Shown here: piece by piece, positions 12,325-20,653 of the stretch
Layout: each line of letters begins with the position of its first letter
Numbering within the stretch: the stretch's first letter is position 1
Assembly (NCBI GenBank): GCA_036556965.1
Contig: DATBIO010000241.1
Coordinates: 160-64,159 of the forward strand
DNA length: 64,000 nt
Reading direction: 5' to 3'
DNA from: Vicinamibacteria bacterium
GTDB lineage: Bacteria; Acidobacteriota; Vicinamibacteria; Fen-336
Notes under the pieces: generated by a model
The model's database searches: none
What the model was told of the DNA's origin: nothing
What the model saw: the letters and a program-made list of their open reading frames with translations, nothing else
Position numbers and translations under genes: made by a program

Positions 12325-15054
12325 ATGTCCACCCACCCCCTCGACAGCTCCAAGACGGATGCACGGAATACCGTGCCTTCAAGCGGTCGAAAGGGGCTCG
12401 GGTTCAAGCGTTACTTTACAAAGGAGGGGCGCCATCCCTACGACGAGCTGACCTGGGAGCTGCGGTCGGCGGTCATCAACGACGAGCGGGGCCAGCCGGT
12501 CTTCGAGCAGCATGGAATCGAGGTCCCGACGACCTGGAGCCAGACCGCCACCAACATCGTGGCCTCGAAGTACTTCCGTGGCCAGCTCGGGTCCCCCGAT
12601 CGCGAGACCAGCGTGCGCCGGCTGATCTCGCGCGTCGTGGACACCATCACCCGTTGGGGGCAGGAGCAGGGCTACTTCGCCGAGGAGCAGGACCTGCGCG
12701 CCTTCTCGGACGAGCTGACCCACCTGCTCGTCCAGCAGAAGGCGGCCTTCAACAGCCCGGTCTGGTTCAACGTGGGCATCGAGAAGCACCCCCAGGCCTC
12801 GGCCTGCTTCATCAACTCCGTGAACGACACCATGGAGTCGATCCTCGGCCTGGCCAAGACCGAGGGCATGCTGTTCAAGTACGGCTCCGGCACCGGCTCG
12901 AACCTCTCCGCCATCCGCTCCTCGCGCGAGCCGCTGGCCGGCGGCGGGACGGCCTCCGGCCCGGTGTCCTTCATGCGGGGCTACGACGCGTTCGCGGGCG
13001 TGATCAAGAGCGGAGGCAAGACCCGCCGCGCCGCCAAGATGGTGATCCTCAACGCGGACCACCCCGACATCGAGGAGTTCATCACCTGCAAGGCGGACGA
13101 GGAGAAGAAGGCCTGGGCCCTCATCGAGGCCGGCTACGAGGGCGCCTTCAACGTCAAGGGCGGCGCCTACGACTCCGTCTTCTTCCAGAACGCCAACCAC
13201 TCCGTGCGCGTCTCCGACGACTTCATGCGCGCGGTGGTCGAGGACCGCGAGTGGACGACGCGCTACGTGCTGGGGGGCGAGCCCTGCCAGACCTACCGCG
13301 CGCGCGACCTCATGCGGCTGATGGCGGAGGCGGCCTGGCAGTGCGGCGACCCCGGCATGCAGTTCGACACCACCATCAACGACTGGCACACCTGCGCCAA
13401 CACGGCGCGCATCAACGCCAGCAACCCGTGCTCCGAGTACATGTTCCTCGACGACACGGCCTGCAACCTGGCCTCCCTGAACCTCATGAAGTTCCGGCGC
13501 GACGACGGCGAGTTCGACGTGGAGGCCTTCGGCGCCGCCTGCCGCACCATGATCACGGCCCAGGAGATCCTGGTCGACAACGCCAGCTACCCCACGGCTT
13601 CCATCGACCAGAACAGCCACGACTACCGCCCGCTGGGGCTGGGCTACGCGAACCTGGGCGTGCTGCTCATGGACCGCGCCCTGCCCTACGACAGCGACGC
13701 CGGCCGCGCCTACGCCGCCGCCATCACCGCTCTCATGCACGGGGAGGCCTACGCCCAGAGCGCGCGCCTGGCCGCGGCCATGGGGCCCTTCGCGGGCTAC
13801 GCCCGGAACGCGGAGCCCATGCTGCGCGTGGTGGACAAGCACCGGCAGCACGCGCACATGATCGACTCCACCCTGGTGCCGCGCGCAATGCTGCAGCGGG
13901 CCCTCGTGGTGTGGGACGAGGCCTACGCCCTGGGGGCCCAGTCCGGCTACCGCAACAGCCAGGTCACGGTGCTGGCGCCCACGGGCACCATCGGCTTCAT
14001 GATGGACTGCGACACCACCGGCATCGAGCCCGACATCGCCCTCGTCAAGTACAAGAAGCTGGTGGGCGGCGGGATGATGAAGATCGTCAACCAGTCCGTC
14101 CCCGGCGTGCTGGCCAAGCTCGGCTACGGCCCCGCCCAGGTGCAGGAGATCCTGGGCCACGTCGACGAGCACGAGACCATCGAGGGCGCGCCCCACCTCC
14201 GCGACGAGCACCTGCCCATCTTCGACTGCGCGTTCCCCGCCCGGAACGGCAGCCGGTCCATCGCCTACATGGGCCACGTCAAGATGATGTCGGCGGTGCA
14301 GCCCTTCCTCTCCGGGGCCATCTCCAAGACCGTCAACATGCCCGCCGACTCCACTCCCGACGACATCGCCCAGGCCTACGTCGAGTCCTGGCGCCTCGGC
14401 CTGAAGGCGGTGGCCGTCTACCGCGACGGCTCCAAGCGGTCCCAGCCCCTGGCCACCTCCAGGGAGGAGGCGGGGGCGCGCGAGGCGGCGGCGCAGCCGC
14501 GGCGGCGGAAGCTGCCGGACGAGCGCCGCTCGATCACGCACAAGTACTCGATCGCGGGCCACGAGGGCTACATCACGGCGGGCATGTACGAGGACGGGAA
14601 ACCGGGCGAGATCTTCCTGGTCATGGCCAAGGAGGGCTCCACCATCTCCGGGCTCATGGACGCCTTCGCCACCGCCATCTCCATCGCCCTCCAGTACGGG
14701 GTGCCGCTGGAGGCGCTGGTGGAGAAGTTCGCGCACGTGCGCTACGAGCCCAGCGGGTTCACCAAGAACCCGCAGATCCACTACGCCAAGAGCATCACGG
14801 ACTACATCTTCCGGTGGCTGGCCACGAAGTTCCTGCCCGAGGACGGGCAGGAGGAGGCGGCATCGGAGGCGGAGGCCGGCGACGCGCCCGAGCCCGCGGC
14901 GGCCAAGGCCCGGCCTGCGGCCGGGACCTCGCCCTCGACCAGCTACCGCAGCCAGGCCGACGCGCCGTCCTGCCACTACTGCGGCAGCATCATGACGCGC
15001 AACGGCAGCTGCTACCGCTGCGCGAACTGCGGCTCCACCTCGGGCTGCAGCTAG
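12325..15054 (+). CDS. nrdJ: class II (adenosylcobalamin-dependent) ribonucleoside-diphosphate/triphosphate reductase
   Basis: Strong similarity throughout, for example NSPVWFNVGI, the active-site block NPCSEYMFLDDTACNLASLNL, and the C-terminal zinc-ribbon CHYCGSIMTRNGSCYRCANCGSTSGCS. The ATG at about 12325 has GGAGG 7 nt upstream. The ORF-track start is a GTG at 12298. Confidence 0.9.
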   Translation: MSTHPLDSSKTDARNTVPSSGRKGLGFKRYFTKEGRHPYDELTWELRSAVINDERGQPVFEQHGIEVPTTWSQTATNIVASKYFRGQLGSPDRETSVRRLISRVVDTITRWGQEQGYFAEEQDLRAFSDELTHLLVQQKAAFNSPVWFNVGIEKHPQASACFINSVNDTMESILGLAKTEGMLFKYGSGTGSNLSAIRSSREPLAGGGTASGPVSFMRGYDAFAGVIKSGGKTRRAAKMVILNADHPDIEEFITCKADEEKKAWALIEAGYEGAFNVKGGAYDSVFFQNANHSVRVSDDFMRAVVEDREWTTRYVLGGEPCQTYRARDLMRLMAEAAWQCGDPGMQFDTTINDWHTCANTARINASNPCSEYMFLDDTACNLASLNLMKFRRDDGEFDVEAFGAACRTMITAQEILVDNASYPTASIDQNSHDYRPLGLGYANLGVLLMDRALPYDSDAGRAYAAAITALMHGEAYAQSARLAAAMGPFAGYARNAEPMLRVVDKHRQHAHMIDSTLVPRAMLQRALVVWDEAYALGAQSGYRNSQVTVLAPTGTIGFMMDCDTTGIEPDIALVKYKKLVGGGMMKIVNQSVPGVLAKLGYGPAQVQEILGHVDEHETIEGAPHLRDEHLPIFDCAFPARNGSRSIAYMGHVKMMSAVQPFLSGAISKTVNMPADSTPDDIAQAYVESWRLGLKAVAVYRDGSKRSQPLATSREEAGAREAAAQPRRRKLPDERRSITHKYSIAGHEGYITAGMYEDGKPGEIFLVMAKEGSTISGLMDAFATAISIALQYGVPLEALVEKFAHVRYEPSGFTKNPQIHYAKSITDYIFRWLATKFLPEDGQEEAASEAEAGDAPEPAAAKARPAAGTSPSTSYRSQADAPSCHYCGSIMTRNGSCYRCANCGSTSGCS

Positions 15055-15063
15055 GAGGCGCCC

Positions 15064-15450
15064 ATGCTCGGAGCCGCCGCACGCGAGCTCGTCCCCGGAC
15101 GGTCGGCCGCCCCGCCCCCGGGGATGCCGCGCGACCAGTATTGGGACGACTGCCGGAACAGCCTCGGCATCGCGCGGCTCCTGGTGCAGGACGGCCGCCC
15201 CGAGGCCCTCATCACCACCGCCTGCCGCATGGCCGTGGAGAGCGCGTGCCGGGCCGCCCTCGAGCAGGCGGGGCTGCCCTTCACCGGCGACATGAACGAG
15301 GGCCTGCGCCGGCTCGGCTGTTTCGACGCCGTGGGCGCGGTAGAGGTGGACGGGCCCGCCCGCGCGCGCCTGGCCGCCGCGGAGAAGGCGGTGAGCTGGG
15401 TCGCGGTGTACCTGCGGGGAGTGGCCCCCGAGCGTCCCTGGGGGTACTGA
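15064..15450 (+). CDS. hypothetical protein (weak HEPN-like helical signature)
   Basis: Starts 9 nt after the nrdJ stop. Helical composition. No confident family assignment. Confidence 0.4.
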   Translation: MLGAAARELVPGRSAAPPPGMPRDQYWDDCRNSLGIARLLVQDGRPEALITTACRMAVESACRAALEQAGLPFTGDMNEGLRRLGCFDAVGAVEVDGPARARLAAAEKAVSWVAVYLRGVAPERPWGY

Positions 15451-15530
15451 GTCTGCGCCGCCCGCGCCGGCGGCTGAGCCCGTCGGCGCGGCACTCGCTC
15501 CTCCTCGCCCTCGCCCGCCACCCGCCGCTG

Positions 15531-15959
15531 GTGCGCTTCTCGCGCGCGCTGGTGCACCGCCTTCCCGAGGACCGCCTGGCGCGCGTGGCCGCCGTCTTCA
15601 CCTTCGTCCGGCGCCTGATGGAGATGCCGGAGGAGGCGGACCGGCATGCCCACGGCGCCCTGGCCCGCATCGCGGGGGCGCACGAGGGGCCCGCCCTGAT
15701 CCTCTCCTCGATGCTGCTGGCCCTGGGGGAGCGCGTCCGCATCGAGGACGCGCGCGAGCTCACGTTCGTGCGCGTGGCCCTCGACGCGGCCGACCTGCGC
15801 CGCCTCCCCCCCCACGCGCTGGTCATCTACCGGCGGGGCGTGGCGCGCTGCGACCTCGCCCTCGACCCGCGCGGCGCGGGCGGGCCGTTCGGCTTCCTGC
15901 CGCGCCCGCTGCGGCGGGGACTCGGCCGGCGGCGGGCCATCCAGGCCGAGTCCTTCTAG
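15531..15959 (+). CDS. hypothetical protein
   Basis: Strong GC3 codon bias in this frame. It is the tail of the otherwise spurious 1101-aa ORF. Probable GTG start about 15531. No recognisable domain. Confidence 0.4.
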   Translation: MRFSRALVHRLPEDRLARVAAVFTFVRRLMEMPEEADRHAHGALARIAGAHEGPALILSSMLLALGERVRIEDARELTFVRVALDAADLRRLPPHALVIYRRGVARCDLALDPRGAGGPFGFLPRPLRRGLGRRRAIQAESF

Positions 15960-15969
15960 CCTCCCGCGG

Positions 15970-17397
15970 TCAGAACGACAGGCGCAGCTGGAGGCCGAGG
16001 ATGTCCACCTTGGCCTCGTAGGAGCCCAGCAGGTCGCCGCGCGGAGGCGCCTGGGCCGAGTCCTGGTTGGGGAGCGCGCTCTCCGCCTCGTCGAGGAAGA
16101 GATGCGCGTACCCCAGGTCGATGGTCGCCGTCTTGCTCAGCCGCCACTGGAACCCGGCCGCGGCCCAGATGCGGTCCGTGTCCGGCAGCCGGGGCGTGCG
16201 GAACTCGTCCTGGACGGGCGTCTTGTCGTAGGCCGTGCCCAGGCGGACGAGCCACGTCTCGTTCAGGCCGTAGTTCAGGCCGAGGCCGGCGCGCCAGGTG
16301 TCCTCGAACCGCAGGGGCACGCTGCTCAGCGCCGCGCCGTCCGCGCGCGTGATCGACAGCGTCTGCACCGAGCTCCAGCCGGTCCAGGTCCAGTCCGCCA
16401 GCACCTCCGCCTTGCCCATCTGGTAGGCGGCGGCGACGGACAGCGTGTCGGGAAGCGTCACCTCGGTGCCCGCGGGGCCCGACGCGAAGCGGGCGTTGAT
16501 GCCGGTGCCCAGGGCGCCCAGCGGTCCGGTGACGGAGAAGACGGGTGCGCCCTCGAAGGTCGCGTCGCCCTGCAGCTCGTGCGTGACCTTCGAGCGGTAG
16601 CTGGCGGCCAGGGAGCCTTCGCCCAGCGCCAGGCGCGCCCCGACGTTCCAGCCCCAGCTGGTGTCATCGCCCTCCACGCGGGCGAGTCCCTCGCGGGCGA
16701 GGCCGGGAGCGCCCCCCAGCTGGGCCAGGATGCCCGCGGCCGCCGCGGGGCCGGCCGCCACCGCCGCCGCCGCCACGGCGATGCCGCCGTAGGGAACGCT
16801 CTGGCTGAGCGTGGCCTCCAGCCGCTGCAGGCTGGCTCCCGCGCCGAGGGAGAACCCATCCGTGACCTTGAAGGCGACGGTGGGGTTGACGTTCAGCGTG
16901 CGCACCTCCGACTCCACGGCGTGGAAACGGCCCACCCAGGACGGGTCCCACTCCGTGGCGAGGCCGAAGGGAGCGTTGACGCCGAGCCCGATCCACCAGC
17001 GCTCCGCCGCCTGCCAGGAGGCGTACGCGTTGGGCACGGGGACCCAGCCCCCGGCGTCCCCCCCCGCCCCGCCCAGGGGGACGGGCAGGAAGGCGGCGGT
17101 CCCGAACGGCAGCGCGGGGCCGCGTGAGCCGGAGTCCACGAACTCGGTGGCCACGCCGATGGGCTCGGTGGAGACGACGATCTGGAGCCCCTTGATGCGG
17201 GTGAGCGCGGCGGGGTTGAAGTAGACGGCGCTGGCGTCCTCGACCCCCGCCGCCTGGCCGGCGAAGGCGTTGCCCAGCCCGCTGGCGTTCTGCTCCACGA
17301 GCTGGAATCCCGAGGCGGACAGGGCGGCGGGCAGGGCGGCGAACATGGCCGCGACGAGCAGGGTCCGGCACTCCCTCGAACCGATGGCGCATCTCAT
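15970..17397 (-). CDS. fadL: FadL/OmpP1/TodX-family outer-membrane long-chain fatty acid / hydrophobic compound transporter
   Basis: Signal peptide MRCAIGSRECRTLLVAAMFAALPAALSA. N-terminal FadL block GFQLVEQNASGLGNAFAG. C-terminal beta-barrel signature ending LRLSF. Confidence 0.85.
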   Translation of the reverse strand: MRCAIGSRECRTLLVAAMFAALPAALSASGFQLVEQNASGLGNAFAGQAAGVEDASAVYFNPAALTRIKGLQIVVSTEPIGVATEFVDSGSRGPALPFGTAAFLPVPLGGAGGDAGGWVPVPNAYASWQAAERWWIGLGVNAPFGLATEWDPSWVGRFHAVESEVRTLNVNPTVAFKVTDGFSLGAGASLQRLEATLSQSVPYGGIAVAAAAVAAGPAAAAGILAQLGGAPGLAREGLARVEGDDTSWGWNVGARLALGEGSLAASYRSKVTHELQGDATFEGAPVFSVTGPLGALGTGINARFASGPAGTEVTLPDTLSVAAAYQMGKAEVLADWTWTGWSSVQTLSITRADGAALSSVPLRFEDTWRAGLGLNYGLNETWLVRLGTAYDKTPVQDEFRTPRLPDTDRIWAAAGFQWRLSKTATIDLGYAHLFLDEAESALPNQDSAQAPPRGDLLGSYEAKVDILGLQLRLSF

Positions 17398-17527
17398 TGG
17401 GTCTATCTCCCGAGGCCGTCGCCGCCGGCGCTGCGCGCGCCGGCCGTGCAGGGACCGGACGGCCCTCCCTCGATGATGGTCCAGGGAGCCGCGGCCGCCA
17501 TGGAGCAAACGCCTCAGCGCCGGCGCG

Positions 17528-19339
17528 TCAGGCCGAGCACTCTCCTGCCAACGTCTCCACCCGGTACTCGCCCTCCTCGCCCAGGTCCACGAAATCGGCG
17601 GGCAGCGCGTCCTCGGGCGTGAGGCGCTCCAGGTCGGCGAGGGCGGCCTTGAGGCGCGCGTCGTCCGCGGAGCGCAGCCACTCCAGCGCCGTCTGGCCCG
17701 GAGCGCGCTCCTGCCGGTAGAGAGCGACCAGCCGCTCCACGGCGTCGGGCACGCGGCGGGCCGGGATCTTCGCCACCAGCCGGCCGAACTGCGCGTGGCC
17801 GTTCACGCCGCCCCCCACCATCACGAAGTACTGGGGGACGACCCGGTCCCCGAGCCGGCGCACGCTGCCCTGGAAGCCGAGCCCCGCCACGTGGTGCTGG
17901 CCGCACCCGTTGGGGCAGCCGCTGATCTTGAGGTCGAGGGAGCCCGCGGCGTCCACGAGGTCCGGACGCGCGCGCAGGCGCTGCTCGAGGGCGCGCCCGA
18001 GCCCGCGCGACTGGGTCACGGCCAGGCGGCAGGCTTCCGCCCCCGGGCAGCTCGTCACGTCGGCCAGCGTGCGCGCGCCGTCCGTGGCCAGGGCGGCCAC
18101 GGCGAGGCGGCGGTAAAGCTCGGGCACGTCTCCCGCGCGCACCCAGCGCAGCAGGAGGTCCTGGTCGTGCGTCGTGCGCACGGTCCCGTCGCCGTAGGCC
18201 TGGGCGAAGTCGGCGAGCAGCCGCAGCTGGGCCGCGGTGACGTCCCCCAGCGGCAGCGTCACCGTCACCGTGGCGTAGGGCGCCTGGCGCTGCGGCCGGA
18301 CGTTGGTGCCGCGCCACCGCAGGAAGGCGCCGTCGAGGACGGGCAGGAACCGCCGCGGCTCGGGCACCAGCCCGGGCCCCTTCACGCGGCCGGCGGCGGC
18401 GCGCGCCGCCACCTCGCCCAGCGTCGGCGGACGCGGCCGCGCGCCGGGCGGCGCGTCTTCGCGGGGTGAATCCCCGGCGGGGAAGGGAAGCGGTGCCTGC
18501 ACCGCGGCCAGCTCGTGCGCGTAGTGCCCGCGGAAGGCCTCGAAGCCGCCGAGGTCGCGCACCAGGAACTTCAGCCGGTTGCGCTGCTTGTGCTCGTAGT
18601 CGCCGAGGCGGTGATAGACGCGCACCACGGCCTCCGCCACGCGCAGGATCTCGCCCGCGGGCAGGGCCTCGTGCAGGACCTCGCCGGAGCGCGGGAGGAT
18701 CGAGGTGCCCCCGCCGGCGGTGACGCGGAAGACGCGCCGCCCCTCCAGCACCGCCGCCCGGAAGCCGAGGTCGTTGATGGCGGTGAGGGAGTGGTCGGCC
18801 GCGCAGCCCTCGAAGGCGATCTTGAACTTGCGCGGCAGCGTCGAGCTGAGAGGGTGGCGCAGCAGGTGGCGCGTGAGCGCCTCCGCGTAGGGCGTCACGT
18901 CGAAGGCCTCGTCCGCCGCCACTCCCGCCCAGGGGCAGGCCGTGACGTTGCGCACCGCGTTGCCGCAGGCCTCGCGCGTGGTGAGGCCGGCCTCGGCCAG
19001 CCGCGCCAGGACCGGACCCACGTCGTGCAGCTTCAGGAAGTGGAACTGCACGTTCTGCCGGGTGGTGACGTGGCCGAAGCCCCGCGACCAGCGCTCGGCC
19101 ACGTCGGCCAGGGCGTGGAGCTGGGGACCGTCCAGCACGCCCTGCGGGACCTTGACCCGGATCATCTGGGCGTCGCCCGCCTGGCGCTGGCCGTAGGTCC
19201 CGCGCACGAGGCGGTAGGCGCGCCACTCGTCGGGCGTCAGCTCGCCGCGCTCGTAACGCTCGACGGTGGCCACGAACTCGTCCGCCTCCGAGGCCTCGGC
19301 GAAAGAGGCCCGCGTGCGGCCCTCAGCGAGAAGCGGCAT
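17528..19339 (-). CDS. sir: assimilatory sulfite reductase (ferredoxin-type nitrite/sulfite reductase hemoprotein)
   Basis: Siroheme/4Fe-4S ligating cysteines: TREACGNAVRNVTACP and SGCPNGCGQHHVAGLG. An AGGAGGAGG SD precedes the ATG at about 19339. Confidence 0.85.
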   Translation of the reverse strand: MPLLAEGRTRASFAEASEADEFVATVERYERGELTPDEWRAYRLVRGTYGQRQAGDAQMIRVKVPQGVLDGPQLHALADVAERWSRGFGHVTTRQNVQFHFLKLHDVGPVLARLAEAGLTTREACGNAVRNVTACPWAGVAADEAFDVTPYAEALTRHLLRHPLSSTLPRKFKIAFEGCAADHSLTAINDLGFRAAVLEGRRVFRVTAGGGTSILPRSGEVLHEALPAGEILRVAEAVVRVYHRLGDYEHKQRNRLKFLVRDLGGFEAFRGHYAHELAAVQAPLPFPAGDSPREDAPPGARPRPPTLGEVAARAAAGRVKGPGLVPEPRRFLPVLDGAFLRWRGTNVRPQRQAPYATVTVTLPLGDVTAAQLRLLADFAQAYGDGTVRTTHDQDLLLRWVRAGDVPELYRRLAVAALATDGARTLADVTSCPGAEACRLAVTQSRGLGRALEQRLRARPDLVDAAGSLDLKISGCPNGCGQHHVAGLGFQGSVRRLGDRVVPQYFVMVGGGVNGHAQFGRLVAKIPARRVPDAVERLVALYRQERAPGQTALEWLRSADDARLKAALADLERLTPEDALPADFVDLGEEGEYRVETLAGECSA

Positions 19340-20078
19340 GGCGTTCCTCCTCCTGCGTCCCGGCGATGGCGCCGGCCAGGGCGGCCACCGCGCCGACCAC
19401 CAGCGTCCCCGGGAGGTCACCCGGTTCTTCGTCCGCCGCGGCCAGGCCGCGCAGCGTGCCGTGCCATGCGGACTGCGCTTCGGTCCCCGCGCCGCGCACG
19501 ACCGCGGCCGGCGTCTCCGCGCGCCACCCGCGCGCCAGGAGGGCGGCGCCGATGGCCGGCCGCGCGCGCAGCCCCATGAGCACCACCACCGTGGCCGCTC
19601 CCGGCTCCAGGGTGTCGAGCACCGGGCGCCAGGCCGTCTCCGCGTGGCCGGACACCACGACGAAGGCGGAGGCGAGGCCGCGGTGGGTCACCGGGATGCC
19701 GGCCAGGGCGGGAGCGGCGACGGCGCAGGTGACCCCGGGCACCACCGCGAAGGGCACCGAGGCCGCGCGCAGGGCCAGCGCCTCCTCGCCGCCCCGCCCG
19801 AGCACGAAGGGGTCGCCGCCCTTGAGCCGCACCACGCGCCGGCCGCGACGGGCCGCGCGCACGAGCAGGCGGTGGATGGTCTCCTGGCTCACGGAGGCGC
19901 GGCCGTGTCGTTTCCCGACGCTGAAGCACTGGGCGCGCCGAGCCAGGGCCAGGGTGGCCGGGGAGACGAGCGCGTCGTAGAGGACGAGGTCGGCCTCGGC
20001 CAGCACGCGCGCGGCGCGGAGCGTGAGCAGCTCGGGGTCGCCCGGGCCCGCGCCCACCAGCCAGACGAAGCCGCTCAC
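19323..20078 (-). CDS. cobA: uroporphyrinogen-III C-methyltransferase (SUMT)
   Basis: GFVWLVGAGPGDPELLTLRAARVLAEADLVLYDALV and VRLKGGDPFVLGRGGEE. GTG start overlaps the stop of the upstream gene (GTGA). Confidence 0.85.
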   Translation of the reverse strand: MSGFVWLVGAGPGDPELLTLRAARVLAEADLVLYDALVSPATLALARRAQCFSVGKRHGRASVSQETIHRLLVRAARRGRRVVRLKGGDPFVLGRGGEEALALRAASVPFAVVPGVTCAVAAPALAGIPVTHRGLASAFVVVSGHAETAWRPVLDTLEPGAATVVVLMGLRARPAIGAALLARGWRAETPAAVVRGAGTEAQSAWHGTLRGLAAADEEPGDLPGTLVVGAVAALAGAIAGTQEEERHAASR

Positions 20079-20653
20079 GGCCCGCTCCGCGCCGGCGCCT
20101 CGTAGAGGCGGTTGAGCGCGCGCAGGAGCAGCGGCCGCCGCTCGCCGAAGGCGACGCCCTCCGCGCGTTGCCGTAGGCGCAGGTCCTGGGCCGCCGCCAC
20201 CCATTCCGCGGCGTCCTCGGGCAGCACCGCGTCCAGCGCCTCTCGCAGCAGGCCGGCCAGGGCGGGGGCACGGCCCCCGGTGGAGACGGCCACGGTGACG
20301 CCGCCACGCCGCAGCACGCCCGCGGCGTAGGCGCTGGCCTGCTCGGGATCGTCCACCGTGTTCACGAAGATGCGGCGCGCCTCGGCGGCCACCGCCACCT
20401 CCCGGTTCACGGGAGGCACTGCGGCGGCCACGGCCAGCCAGGCCCCGTCGAGGTCGGAGGCCGCGAAGGGGCGGCGCGCGACCTCCGCGCCCGAGGCTGC
20501 GATCTCGGGGTGGACGTCGGGCGCCACCACCAGCACCCGCGCGCCCGTTCCCAGGAGGAGGCGCAGCCGCGAGGCGGCGACGCGCCCGCCTCCCACGAGC
20601 ACCACGCGCCGCCCGGCCAGCTTCAGGAACAGCGGGAACAGCTCGGCGCTCAC
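20075..20653 (-). CDS. sirC: precorrin-2 dehydrogenase / sirohydrochlorin ferrochelatase (siroheme synthase N-terminal domain, SirC/Met8-like)
   Basis: [41 protein letters not shown] is a Rossmann NAD-binding motif of the CysG N-terminal domain. GTG start overlaps the stop of the cysH-sat-cysC gene (GTGA). Confidence 0.75.
   Translation of the reverse strand: MSAELFPLFLKLAGRRVVLVGGGRVAASRLRLLLGTGARVLVVAPDVHPEIAASGAEVARRPFAASDLDGAWLAVAAAVPPVNREVAVAAEARRIFVNTVDDPEQASAYAAGVLRRGGVTVAVSTGGRAPALAGLLREALDAVLPEDAAEWVAAAQDLRLRQRAEGVAFGERRPLLLRALNRLYEAPARSGP

Noticed and set aside
12654-15959. 1101-aa + ORF overlapping nrdJ
   Set aside because: It is an alternative frame of nrdJ with junk translation. 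Only its final about 143 codons after the nrdJ region look coding.
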